Below are positions 19,927-30,462 of a stretch of DNA of 64,000 bases, piece after piece. The DNA lies in the NCBI GenBank assembly GCA_963820825.1, contig CAWGBN010000005.1, positions 160,001 to 224,000 on the forward strand, read 5' to 3'. The translations under genes were made by a program, and so were the position numbers. The notes under the pieces were generated by a model. It was not told the DNA's origin, ran no database searches, and saw only the letters and a program-made list of their open reading frames with translations. This DNA is from Vulcanimicrobiota bacterium. GTDB lineage: Bacteria > Vulcanimicrobiota > Vulcanimicrobiia > Vulcanimicrobiales > Vulcanimicrobiaceae. Each line of letters begins with the position of its first letter. Position 1 is the first letter of the stretch.

Positions 19927-20669
19927 TCACATATCCAGCCCGCCGTTGATCGTTGAACACCGCGCCGGTGATATAGCTCGAGTCGTCCTCGAGCAAGAAC
20001 CGGACGACGCGCGCCACCTCGTCGGGACGCCCCAAGCGGCGCTGCGGAATCTTCTCGACCACTTTCGTAAGCGCCGCCTCCGGAATCGCCGCGACCATCT
20101 CGGTCGCGATAAAGCCGGGGGCGACGCAGTTGACGGTGATGCCGCGCTGCGCCATCTCCAGCGCTAAGCTCTTACTGAACCCGAAGAGGCCGGCCTTCGA
20201 AGCGGCGTAGTTCGCCTGGCCGATGTTGCCGGTCTCGCCGATGACCGAGCTGATGTTGACGATCCGCCCCGAGCCGCGCTCGATCATGTGCTCGAGCACC
20301 GCCTTGCTCATCTGAAACGCGCCCGAAGAGGTTTACTTCGAGCACCTGGCGCCAGTCGTCGACGGTCATCTTGCGCACCGTCTTGTCGACGGTGATGCCG
20401 GCGTTGTTGATCAAGTAGTCCACGCGCCCGAACCGCTCGATCACCTCGTTGAAGACGCGATTGCAATCGTCAACGGCGTCGACGCGCCCCTGATGGATCG
20501 AGACCTGTGCGCCCTTTTCGCTCATCTGCTTCGCGAACTTCTCGGCGCTCTCGCGGCCGCGATTGTAGCCGGCCGCAACCGAGGCCCCATTCGCCGCCAA
20601 AGTTTCGGTAATGGCGGCACCGATGCCGCGCGTACCGCCCGTAACCAATGCTACTCGACCTTCAAACAC
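19927..20669 (-). CDS. phaB: Acetoacetyl-CoA reductase, copy 1 (frameshifted)
   Basis: VALVTGGTRGIG, INNAGITVDKTVRKM, GNIGQANYAASKAG, VNCVAPGFIATEMV, GGLDM. Confidence 0.85.
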
Positions 20670-20790
20670 AGCCGGGCCCTCCTTGCGCGTGCGAATTCGC
20701 GACCTCACCCCGGCTGTCCCGCGTTCGTGCAACGCTGAGTGCTCGGCTCCGTCAAATGAGTCGGGGGTGCCGCAGCACCCCCGTAAGTTG

Positions 20791-21759
20791 TTAGTGGAAT
20801 CCGAGGTAGCACGGCGCGTCGAGCGTCGTGCTCGAGCCGCTGATCTTGCGCATCGGCGTCGCATTTCCGTTGGCGTTCTTCGCGTATTCCACGATCGCGT
20901 TGCCGGAGAAATCCGCGGCCCAGATGCGATCCTTGGCGTCGGCCGCGACGCCGGTCGGATAGAGCAACCCGGTGATGTGCTGCACCGGCGCAACGTTCCC
21001 GCTCGCATTCTTTGCGAAGACGAAGACACCCGCGCTCTCGTCGGCGACCAAGAGACGGCCGTTGGAATCGAACGCGATCGCGAACGGTTTGATCAAACCC
21101 GTATTGCTTCCGCCGATGGTGACGACCGGGGCGGCGTTGCCGCTGGCGCCTTTTGCGAAAGCGAGCACGTCGCTGCCGCTGCCGTTGGCTACGAAGAGCC
21201 GGTCCTGCTTATCCATCGCCATTCCCAGTGGCAGACTCAGCTGCGTCTTGTTGCCGCTGATCGTGTCGGTCGGTGCGACGTTTCCGTGCGCGCCGGAGGC
21301 ATACTCCGTCACCGCGTCGCCGATATAGTTGGTCACCCAGAGATTGCCGGAGTGATCGACGAACAGGCCTTCGGTCGGGCCGAGGTTCGACTTCGAGCCG
21401 CCGATGGTTCGCTTCGGCTTGGCGTTGCCGTTGGCGCTCGGTCCGAAGACGACCACCTCAGTGGCGCCGTCGTTCGCCGCGTAGAGGTTCCCTTTGGAAT
21501 CGACCGCGAGCGCGTCGGGAGAGTCGAGCGTCGTCTTCGAACCGGCGATCGTCACCGACGGCGATGCATTTCCCGTAGCCTTATTCGAGAAGCCCAGGAT
21601 GCTCGCACCGTCGCGATTGGCCGTGAAGACTTTAACGCCGGCGTCGGGCCGGGAGAGTGCTGATTGCGACGTCGTGGACGACGTCGGGATTGCGGGATTC
21701 ATCGCGCCGCCGCATCCTGCCAAGAATAGAGCGATCGCGAACGAGCTAAATACTTTCAC
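20791..21759 (-). CDS. NHL-repeat lipoprotein
   Basis: Lipobox LAGC; about six repeats A.GN..P...I.G..T.L..P..L..D..G.L.V. Confidence 0.85.
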   Translation of the reverse strand: MKVFSSFAIALFLAGCGGAMNPAIPTSSTTSQSALSRPDAGVKVFTANRDGASILGFSNKATGNASPSVTIAGSKTTLDSPDALAVDSKGNLYAANDGATEVVVFGPSANGNAKPKRTIGGSKSNLGPTEGLFVDHSGNLWVTNYIGDAVTEYASGAHGNVAPTDTISGNKTQLSLPLGMAMDKQDRLFVANGSGSDVLAFAKGASGNAAPVVTIGGSNTGLIKPFAIAFDSNGRLLVADESAGVFVFAKNASGNVAPVQHITGLLYPTGVAADAKDRIWAADFSGNAIVEYAKNANGNATPMRKISGSSTTLDAPCYLGFH

Positions 21760-21870
21760 TGATTTCCTCCATATGGAATCGAATCTGTTTCGAGAGGGCA
21801 GGTAGGCGGCCTGCCCCCCAAATGCTACACGCGCGCCCGTTCGAAAACGTTTCCGGCCGCGGAGGCGGCC

Positions 21871-23202
21871 TCAATCGTCGTCGGGGGGCTTCCCGTCCTG
21901 GGGCTCGTGCAGAAAGTACTGCGCCGAGTACTTCGCCGGAAATTTCGTGAACGCGCGCGGCGCGCCTCCAAAGTCGAAGCAATCGGAGAGATCGTCGGAG
22001 CGCCCATCGGTGGTCTTCATCGAGGGCAGAGCCAACGTCTCTTCCGTAAACTTCAAGATGCTGCCGAACTCGTGGGGCGCGTGCGAGATGTAGTGCGCCT
22101 TGGCGTAGGGCGAGATCACCAGCAGCGGAACTCGGAAGCCGAGCTCGTACGAGTTCACCATCGGCGGCGCGACGTGATCGTACCATCCGCCCCAATCGTC
22201 CCATAGCACGAAGATCGCGGTCGACTTCCAATACGCGCTCTCACCGATCGCGTTGACGATCGATGCCACCCACGACGGACCGCTTCCGTTATTCGAACCG
22301 GCGTGATCCGACTCGTGCAGCGTCGGGGTCACCCAGGTGATGCTCGCCAGTTCCCCGTTCGCGATGTCTTTTAGAACGCGCGACGACGGGGCCTCGACGT
22401 TCTCGAAGGAACGACTGTACCGTATCTCGCGCAGCGCATCGGGCGCGTTCCAGATTCCGGCGCCCTTCGCCGCTTCATAGTATCGCCAGCTGACTCCGGC
22501 GTGGTTCGCCTCGCCCATCAGCGAGATCCGGTCGAAGCACGGATAGACCCGCCAGCGTTGCTCCCCGTCCGTCGTGATCACCGGAACGTGCGATCCCGCG
22601 GGCGAGTCGCAGCCGCCGGTGCCCTTTCCGTCCGGCTTCGACGCATTCTCAGCCGCGCGCAGCGTCGAATCTTTGCTGATCGTCGACGTCCCGCTGATCA
22701 AGTATTGATGGGCGGGAAAGCTCGGTCCCTGATTCGTCTGAAAGAGATGATCGGCAAGCGTGTACTCGCGGGCCATCTCCCAGTACGGTTCCACGTCCCC
22801 GTGCGGAACGTATCCATATGCGGTCGGATTGCACTGCTGATGGTGCGAGCACCACGTCTTGGCCAGGTTGAATCCGTTGACGCCCCCCTGGGCGTACTCC
22901 GTCAGGAACGTCGAGTGCCCGTGCGCGACCGCGACGTACGCGTCAAGGTGAATCGGCCGCAGCGTTACCGTATGGCCCTCCGACGTCTTTCCCGTGCGAA
23001 CGGTATCGGCACCCGGAAAACCGTTGAAGAGATTGTCGACCGTCCGGTTCTCCTGAACGATGATGACCACGTGGCGGATCGGATTGGCCTTGAACGGTCC
23101 CGCCCCCGAGCGTGCTGCAGCCTGCATCGTCGGCGCCGGCAGTGAGGATCCGGTGCATGCGGTGAGCGACAACATGAACAGCAACGACGTGCTACGGCGC
23201 AT
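21871..23202 (-). CDS. Phospholipase C/acid phosphatase (phosphoesterase family) lipoprotein 1
   Basis: Lipobox LTAC; IRHVVIIVQENRTVDN, GPSFPAHQY, WDDWGGWYDHV, GFRVPLLVISPYAK. Confidence 0.92.
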   Translation of the reverse strand: MRRSTSLLFMLSLTACTGSSLPAPTMQAAARSGAGPFKANPIRHVVIIVQENRTVDNLFNGFPGADTVRTGKTSEGHTVTLRPIHLDAYVAVAHGHSTFLTEYAQGGVNGFNLAKTWCSHHQQCNPTAYGYVPHGDVEPYWEMAREYTLADHLFQTNQGPSFPAHQYLISGTSTISKDSTLRAAENASKPDGKGTGGCDSPAGSHVPVITTDGEQRWRVYPCFDRISLMGEANHAGVSWRYYEAAKGAGIWNAPDALREIRYSRSFENVEAPSSRVLKDIANGELASITWVTPTLHESDHAGSNNGSGPSWVASIVNAIGESAYWKSTAIFVLWDDWGGWYDHVAPPMVNSYELGFRVPLLVISPYAKAHYISHAPHEFGSILKFTEETLALPSMKTTDGRSDDLSDCFDFGGAPRAFTKFPAKYSAQYFLHEPQDGKPPDDD

Positions 23203-23207
23203 GGTCG

Positions 23208-24599
23208 CTACTCCGCGTCGACCGGATCGTTGGAGGGCGGCTCGCGCAGGAAATACGACCGCGAATACTTCGACGGGATTGCCGAGAACTTCCGCGGGCG
23301 TTGGGTGAAGTCGAAGGCATCTTGGAGACCCGAAGCGCGGGCGTCGGTATAGCCCTTTTCAATCGGCCCGATGCTTCCCGCGGGTATTTCGTTCGCCTCT
23401 TCGATAAATCGCAGAATGCTGCCGTATTCGTACCGTACGTCCGAGACGTGCCCGGTCTTTGCATACGGCGAGACGATCAGACAGGGCACGCGGATACCCA
23501 GACCGCGGTAGTCGAGTTGCGGCGGCTTGGCGTTGTCGTAGAAACCGCCCCAATCGTCCCAGAGAATGACGATTGCGCTCGTGCTCCAGTACGAGCTCTG
23601 ACCGACCGCGTTGACGATCGAGGCGACCCACGAGGGTCCCTGATCGCTGCGGTGGGCGGGATGATCGGAGTCCGCGTAGCTCGGCGTGACCCAACTCACC
23701 GACGCGAGCCTGCCGCTCGTGATGTCGGTGAGCACTCTGGTCTGCGGGGCGATGATGTTCCCGGGCCAATCCGGACCGTAGCGCACGTACTTGATCGCTT
23801 CAAACGGCTCCCAGAACCCGCCGTCCAAAACGCGCGTCGCGTAGATCTTCCACGATGCGCCCGCACGATCGAGCACCTCGGCGATCGTATTGAACTGATC
23901 GAAGCACGGAAACGGCCCCGTATAATGAACCTTTCGATCTTCGGTGAGATACGCGCTCTTCGTTCCCGGCGGTGAATCGCAATCGTCGGGTGCCGCGTTT
24001 GGAAAGTTTACCTCGGCCTCCGACGGCAAGACGAGATCGTCGGTTCCTGCGATGAGCGTCAGGTGAGCGGTAAAGCTTCCGCCGAACTCGGTGGGAAACA
24101 TCTTATCGGCGAGCACGTATTGATTCGCCATCGTCCAATACGGAGCGATCTCCGAGCGCTCGAGATAGGCGTAGGCTTCGTCCTTGCCCTTCTTTCCGTA
24201 CTCGGAGAAGCCGTCCATCTTGCCATTATCCCAATCGTGCATCGACGAGCTCCAATTGTGCGCGAGGTCGGGATTATTCTTGAACGTCACCTGGTGCAGC
24301 GGCACGTCGGTCTCGCCGTTGGGACAATGCATGCCGCTTCGCGTGTGCGCCGGCGCGGCGCTTTTGGCGCAGCCGGTCATCGGTGCGTCGGCGCCGGGGT
24401 ACCCGGCAAAGAGATTCTCGAAGCTGCGGTTCTCTTGAATGATGACGATGACGTGCTTGATGTAATGGTGCAGCAGCACGTCGCTCGGGGCGCGGCGCGC
24501 GGGCGCTGCACCGCTCGGCGAGAGCGTTGCGTACGACGAACAGCCCACAGCGAAGCTGAGACCGGCGAGAACGGGCACGCGCAGCAGCTTGCAAACCAC
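23208..24599 (-). CDS. Phosphoesterase family lipoprotein 2
   Basis: Lipobox AVGC; IKHVIVIIQENRSFEN, GGSFTAH, WDDWGGFYDN, GIRVPCLIVSPYAK. Confidence 0.92.
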   Translation of the reverse strand: MVCKLLRVPVLAGLSFAVGCSSYATLSPSGAAPARRAPSDVLLHHYIKHVIVIIQENRSFENLFAGYPGADAPMTGCAKSAAPAHTRSGMHCPNGETDVPLHQVTFKNNPDLAHNWSSSMHDWDNGKMDGFSEYGKKGKDEAYAYLERSEIAPYWTMANQYVLADKMFPTEFGGSFTAHLTLIAGTDDLVLPSEAEVNFPNAAPDDCDSPPGTKSAYLTEDRKVHYTGPFPCFDQFNTIAEVLDRAGASWKIYATRVLDGGFWEPFEAIKYVRYGPDWPGNIIAPQTRVLTDITSGRLASVSWVTPSYADSDHPAHRSDQGPSWVASIVNAVGQSSYWSTSAIVILWDDWGGFYDNAKPPQLDYRGLGIRVPCLIVSPYAKTGHVSDVRYEYGSILRFIEEANEIPAGSIGPIEKGYTDARASGLQDAFDFTQRPRKFSAIPSKYSRSYFLREPPSNDPVDAE

Positions 24600-24701
24600 C
24601 GTTTTCTCCTACGACGTCGAGCCTTCCAACGCCGGAGAGCCGACTCCTACGGAGCGCCCTTGCCCTACAGGGGAAGCGGCCACCGAATTGAACCCTTCTG
24701 C

Positions 24702-25772
24702 ATGAAGACGCTCGCTATCTCGGTCTCGTTCGCCGCCGCAGCCGTCGCTTTCGCCGCGTGCGGCGGCACGTCGCAACAAGGCTCCGCGTTCGCGCCGCAG
24801 TCGTCGTCGGCGACCCGGCATGCAATGGTGCCGGCGCCCGCGCCCCGGTCGATCCCCGCGGCTCGTCCGAATCACCGCAAATCCTGGATCTCGCCCGATG
24901 CGCAACGCGCACCGCGACTGCTCTTCATCTCCGATTACGGCGCCGACGACGTGGACATTTTCACGATGCCGGATATGGCACTCAAAGGACAGCTCACCGG
25001 CCTCAGCTTCCCCGAAGGCGAATGCTCCGATGCCGGCGGTAACGTTTGGGTCGCAAACACCGGGGCCTCCGAGATGCAGCTCTATTCGCGAACCGGGACG
25101 CTGCTCAAGACGTTGAGCGTTGCGGACGAGTATCCGGCGGGCTGCTCCGTCAACAAATCCACCAACGACCTCGCCGTTACCAACATCGAGAATACGAGCG
25201 GCGGCCCCGGGAACGTAACGGTCTTTGCCAACGCCTCGGGCAGCGGCACGCCATATGTCAATCCCAGCATCTATCTCTACTTCTTCGCCGGGTACGATAA
25301 CGCGGGCAATCTCTTCTTCGACGGAATGGACGCGAGCCGCGTCACGAGTTACTTCGCCGAACTCCCCGCCGGTGGCAGCTCGACGCAGCTCGTAACGCTG
25401 AGCGGAGCGACCCTGCACGTTGCCGGGTTGATTCAATGGTACCGTCGCGGCGAATATCTCGCTCTGGGCGATCAGGCCTGCGGCGGCAGGCCGGCCTCGT
25501 GCATCTACTGGCTCTCCGTCTCCGGCACCACCGCAACCGTCACCGGAACGACGAATCTCTCCAACTACGAAGGCGGCGCGGTCTGCGATTTAGCCGGCGG
25601 CGTCATCGCGGCAAACGGGGAGCGCTACATCGCCGGGCCCGATTACGAATCGTGCGGGTATACCGCGACCACCGCGAACCGTTGGCCCTTCGACGGGGGC
25701 GGTACGCCCACGAACTATGCCACCAACGCCGGCTTCGTCGAACCGCTTGGCGCTGCCGTGAGCACCAAGTAA
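24702..25772 (+). CDS. Lipoprotein beta-propeller family paralog
   Basis: Lipobox FAAC; SWISPDA..LLFISD, PEGECSDAGGNVW, GYDNAGNLFFDG, ELPAGG. Confidence 0.85.
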   Translation: MKTLAISVSFAAAAVAFAACGGTSQQGSAFAPQSSSATRHAMVPAPAPRSIPAARPNHRKSWISPDAQRAPRLLFISDYGADDVDIFTMPDMALKGQLTGLSFPEGECSDAGGNVWVANTGASEMQLYSRTGTLLKTLSVADEYPAGCSVNKSTNDLAVTNIENTSGGPGNVTVFANASGSGTPYVNPSIYLYFFAGYDNAGNLFFDGMDASRVTSYFAELPAGGSSTQLVTLSGATLHVAGLIQWYRRGEYLALGDQACGGRPASCIYWLSVSGTTATVTGTTNLSNYEGGAVCDLAGGVIAANGERYIAGPDYESCGYTATTANRWPFDGGGTPTNYATNAGFVEPLGAAVSTK

Positions 25773-25839
25773 AGGCGGCCGCTCGGTCGCCGGCGATTAC
25801 GAAGGGCAAAGTACTCCTCGCGCCGCAAATCTTGCAACG

Positions 25840-27243
25840 ATGATCCAACTCCGTGCAAAGAGACTGACGGCGGCGATTTCCCTTGGCGCAAGCCTCGCGA
25901 TGAGCGCGTGTTCGCCCTTCGGTACCGCCTCCAAGGGGGCGCAGAGCATTCCGAACGTCTCGGATGCCTCGTTTCAATCGGTCTTATCGCGCGTGCAATC
26001 CGATAAGAGCCGGATCGAGCACGTCGTCGTCATCGTCCAGGAGAATCGGTCGGTAGACAATCTCTTCAACGGACTTCCCGGCGCCGATACGGTTACGTCC
26101 GGTAAGAACAAGTACGGCCAAACCGTTGCGCTGCGTTCGACTCCGATAACCGCGCCGTACGATCTCTCGCATAAGCACTCGGCCTGGGTACAAGACGACG
26201 ACAACGGCCGCATGGACGGCTTTAACACGGAGACCGAAAACTGTTACTCCAAGAACAGCTACCGGTGCCCGCAGGCCGACGTCGCTTCATACGCTTACGT
26301 GCCGCGCAACCAGGTACAGCCCTACTTCGATCTCGCCGAGCAGTACACGTTTGCCGACCGGATGTTCCAGACGAATCAGGGACCAAGCTTTCCTGCGCAT
26401 CAATACATCGTCAGCGGCACCTCGGTCATTAGCGATCATTCCCCGCTCAAAGCAGCCGAGAATCCCTCCGATCCTCAGGGCCGTAAACGCCAGGGGGGCT
26501 GCGACTCACTTCACGACACGACCGTCGAAACGATCGATCCGAGAGGGAATGAAGGAAAGGCCGTGTTCCCCTGCTTCAACCGCAACTCGATCTTCCGGCT
26601 GATGAACCTCAAGTACGTGAGTTGGCACTACTATCAAGAGTTCCACGGTGCCGGCGAGTGGCACGCCGTCGACGCGCTCAAACCGATTAGGGAGGGTCCG
26701 AGCTACGCCAACGTCGTCTGGCCGTCATCGAAGGTTCTGAAGGACGTCCAGGCGGGCCAGCTCTCCGATGTCACGTTCATCACGCCGAGCTCTGCGAACT
26801 CGGACCACCCGGCTAAGAATGACGGCACCGGCCCCTCCTGGGTAGCTTCAATCGTCAACGCGATTGGGAATAGTCAATACTGGAACAGCACGGCCATATT
26901 CGTCGTGTGGGACGACTGGGGCGGATTCTACGATCACGTCAAGCCGACCGTCTACAACTCCTATGAAGACGGCTTTCGCGTGCCGCTGATCGTGGTTTCA
27001 CCCTATGCCAAGCAGGGCCATGTCTCGCACGTTCGCTATGAGTTCGGCAGCATACTGAAATTTATCGAGAAGACCTTCGATCTCGGCTCGCTTGGAACGA
27101 CCGACGTTCGCGCGCACGATTTACGGGATTGCTTTGACTTCCACCAGGCCCCGCGGCCGTTCACGGAGATACGCGCCAAGTACTCAGCCGCGTACTTCGA
27201 GCGCCAGCCGATCGACTACGATACTCTCGACGACGACCAGTAA
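25840..27243 (+). CDS. Phosphoesterase family lipoprotein 3
   Basis: Lipobox MSAC; IEHVVVIVQENRSVDN, GPSFPAHQY, WDDWGGFYDHV, GFRVPLIVVSPYAK. Confidence 0.93.
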   Translation: MIQLRAKRLTAAISLGASLAMSACSPFGTASKGAQSIPNVSDASFQSVLSRVQSDKSRIEHVVVIVQENRSVDNLFNGLPGADTVTSGKNKYGQTVALRSTPITAPYDLSHKHSAWVQDDDNGRMDGFNTETENCYSKNSYRCPQADVASYAYVPRNQVQPYFDLAEQYTFADRMFQTNQGPSFPAHQYIVSGTSVISDHSPLKAAENPSDPQGRKRQGGCDSLHDTTVETIDPRGNEGKAVFPCFNRNSIFRLMNLKYVSWHYYQEFHGAGEWHAVDALKPIREGPSYANVVWPSSKVLKDVQAGQLSDVTFITPSSANSDHPAKNDGTGPSWVASIVNAIGNSQYWNSTAIFVVWDDWGGFYDHVKPTVYNSYEDGFRVPLIVVSPYAKQGHVSHVRYEFGSILKFIEKTFDLGSLGTTDVRAHDLRDCFDFHQAPRPFTEIRAKYSAAYFERQPIDYDTLDDDQ

Positions 27244-27256
27244 CGTTATAGTGTCA

Positions 27257-27300
27257 TCATCCTGAGCGAAGCATCGCGAAGCGATGCGTAGTCGAAGGGC
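27257..27300 (+). repeat. REP-like palindromic repeat copy 1
   Basis: TCATCCTGAGCGAA-GCATCGC-GAA-GCGATGC-GTA-GTCGAAGGGC, between convergent genes. Confidence 0.7.
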
Positions 27301-27319
27301 GAAGGACGAACGGCGAACT

Positions 27320-28731
27320 TTACCCGTAGTCGGGCATCCCTTCGCGCTCGAAGAGCGCTCTGAGCGTATCTTGCTGTTCCTGCTCGCAGGCTTTGAGCAC
27401 CGGCGGGAGCGAAGCCGCCTTGAACTGCAGCGGCGCCTGCGTGAAGTCGAAGGCGTCGTCCATCGAGTTGGATGTCGCGTCGGTCGAACCGAGCCCGAAT
27501 CGATCCTCGACGAACTTTAAGACGCTGCCGAACTCGTACTGCGTATGCGAGACGTACCCCGGCCGCGCGAACGGCGAGACGACGATCATCGGCACGCGAA
27601 AACCGAGGCTGGTGTAGTTGACTTCCGGCTGCGCAACGCTGTCGTACCATCCGCCCCAGTCGTCCCAGAGTATGACGATCGCGGTATCCTGCCAATACTT
27701 GCTCGTGCCGATCGCGTTGACCACCTTGGTGACCCACCGAGGGCCGCCGTTGCAACCGCTGGCCGGATGATCCGAGTCGGCGATCGTGGGCATCACCCAC
27801 GAGACCGAAGAGAGCGCGCCGTTCTTGAGATCGGTGAAGAAATTTCAGGTTCGGCCGGCTGATGTGCTTCTTCCAGTCGGGGCCGTCCCGCACTTTTCTG
27901 ATCGCATCGAAGCCGTTCCAAACGCCACCCGACAAATCGCCCTGCGATCCGAAGATCGGCGCGACGTACTTCCACGAAACGCTCTTTGCATCGAGGAGGT
28001 CGGCCATCGTGGGATACTCGGTAAAGCATGGAAAAGGCAAATGCGTGCTGGGTCCTGGGCGAATTTCGCGTCCGTCGACCAGCAAAACCGGGGTCCGCGT
28101 TCCCCCGTACGCGTCGCAGCCCCAAATGGAATCGTCCGGCTCGTCGGTCAACGATCGTTTTGAGTCGAGCCGGACCGTGCCCGAGATGATGATCTGATGC
28201 GCGATGAAGCTGGCGGCGGTGTCGGTGAAGAAGATGTGGTCGGCCAGGGCGTAACGGCGCGCTAAATCCCAGTACGGTTTCGTCGCGGAGCGTTCGACGT
28301 AACGATACGGATAGACTTTGGCGTACTTTTGATTGCCGCTCACGCCGAGCCGGTCTAAATCGAAGCCGTCCATGCGGCAGATCCCCGTCGATAGATCGCG
28401 ATTGCATTCCGCCACGAAGTCGTGGTGCTCGTGGCCGATGTCCTTACCGAGCGGCGGACCGGAGCTCTCCAGTTTCACCGGCTTGAGCGTAATCGGCTCG
28501 CCTTTGCACCACGGCGCCCACTTCCGTACGGCGCACGGGCCCAAAGTCGCGGTAACGGCTCCCGGAAAACCCATGAAGAGCGTGTTGAAGCTTCGGTTCT
28601 CTTGAAGCACGACGACCACGTGCTTGATCTCCGTCGCGCTCGCCGGGTTGGCGCTCTGCAAAATCGTGTTCGTGGAGCACGCGGCGAGAAGGGCGATAAC
28701 AACAAAAGACCAAGGCGATGATACACCGCAT
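27320..28731 (-). CDS. Phosphoesterase family lipoprotein 4 (frameshifted)
   Basis: Lipobox LAAC; IKHVVVVLQENRSFN, AASFIAHQ, WDDWGGWYD, GFRVPMIVVSPFAR. Confidence 0.9.
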
Positions 28732-28785
28732 GTCGACCTCCTGCGAGCTCGACGCACCCGGTTCGCCGATCCGCCGTTTGCGCCT

Positions 28786-29583
28786 CTACCCGAACCGGCC
28801 CGTTATATAATCTTCCGTTCGGCTATCGCTCGGCTTCGTAAAAAGTTTAGCGGTGTCATCAACTTCGATCAATTTGCCTATACCGTCTTCGTCGGCCAGC
28901 ATGAACGCGGTGCAATCGGAGACGCGCGCGGCCTGCTGCATGTTGTGCGTCACGGCAACGATCGTGAACTCCTCGGCGAGCGACGCCATCAGCTCTTCGA
29001 TGACCGCCGTCGCAATCGGGTCGAGCGAGGCCGTCGGTTCGTCCATCAGCAGGACTTCGGGCTCCGCCGCAACTGCGCGGGCGATGCAGAGTCGCTGCTG
29101 CTGTCCGCCCGAGAGACGCAGCGGGCTGCTTCGCAGCTTGTCCTTGACCTCGTCCCACAGCGCCGCCGATTGCAGCGCCTTCTCCGCGACGCTCCAGCTT
29201 CTGCGCGCCGGCTCGAGCCCGCTTCGGCGCGCACGCCAGCGTGTTGTCGAGAATCGAGAGCGTCGGGAACGGATTCGGACGCTGAAAGACCATGCCGATG
29301 CGCCGGCGGATCGACATCGGATCGACGTCGCCGGCGTAAATGTCCTGACCGTCGAGCAGCACGCGGCCCTTGCACGCGCGCGTCGAAGCCGACTTCGTGA
29401 ATCCGGTTGAGGCAGCGCAGCATCGTCGTCTTGCCGCAACCCGACGGACCGATCAGCGCCGTCACCGCCTTGCGCGCGAAATCCGATCGAAACGTCTGCC
29501 GACGGCCTTCCGCTCGCCGTAGTACGCGCTCAGGTCGTCGGTTGCGAGCACGCTTCGCCGACTGCCGCCGCGACCGCCGTCAA
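28786..29583 (-). CDS. pstB: Phosphate ABC transporter ATP-binding protein (frameshifted)
   Basis: [68 protein letters not shown]. Confidence 0.95.
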
Positions 29584-30462
29584 CTCTCGAGCCCTCGCAT
29601 CGCGCGGCGCAGCATGAGGCGCGCCCCGAGACTCAAGAACGAGGACCGCGAGCGACCAGCAGGAACGCACCGCGCCCACGCCTGCGCTTGCCACTCGGGA
29701 TACGGCGAGATCGCATAGTTGAAGACTTGCAGCGCGAGCACCGCCATCGGGTGGTTGGGATTCGCCTCCCAGAACTGCCTGCCGAACGCGGTGAAGAGCA
29801 GCGGCGCCGTCTCGCCGGTGACGCGCGCGATCGCCAGCAGCAGCGCGGTGATGATCGCCGGCCGCGCCGTCGGCAGCACGATGTACACCGTGGCGCGGAA
29901 GTTCGACATGCCCAGCGCGAGCGCGCCCTCGCGCACCGTCTGCGGCACCGAGCGAATCGCTTGTTCCGACGTGCGCACTAGCAGCGGCAGCATCAGCATC
30001 ATGAAGGCGAACGACGCCGAGATCGCCGAGAAATGCTTGAGCGGCGCGACGAGCACGGCATAGGCGAACAGAGCCGATCGCGATGCTCGGCACGCCCGAG
30101 AGCACGTCGGAGAGAAAACGCAGCGCCTCCGGAATCGGACCGCGCCCGAAGAGCGCCAGATAGATCCCGGTCAGCAAACCGAGCGGCACCGCCATCGCCG
30201 TTGCCAGACCGATGATGATGAACGTGCCCGAGGATGCCGTTGCCGACGCCGCCGCCGGGAACGCCGATCGGATGCGGCAGCTGCGTGAGGAAGGCCCAGT
30301 TGATCGCGCCGACGCCTTGGACCACCACGTAGCCGAGAATCGACCAGCAGCGCGCCGGCCGCGATCGCCGCGCAGAGCAGCGCCGAGCGCCGTGCCGAGC
30401 GACCCGAATGCGCGGCGTGCTAGCGCCGAGCTCGCCGGTACCGCAGGCTGGCGCACGCTCAC
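29580..30462 (-). CDS. pstA: Phosphate ABC transporter permease (frameshifted)
   Basis: DVLSGVPSI, RTSEQAIRSVP..REGALALG, ARVTGETAPLLFT, YAISPYPEW. Confidence 0.93.

Noticed and set aside
10906..21663. Long antisense ORFs (10906-12216, 14311-15528, 20611-21663; also 61584-62609)
   Set aside because: Shadow ORFs of high-GC genes on the opposite strand, with no motifs.
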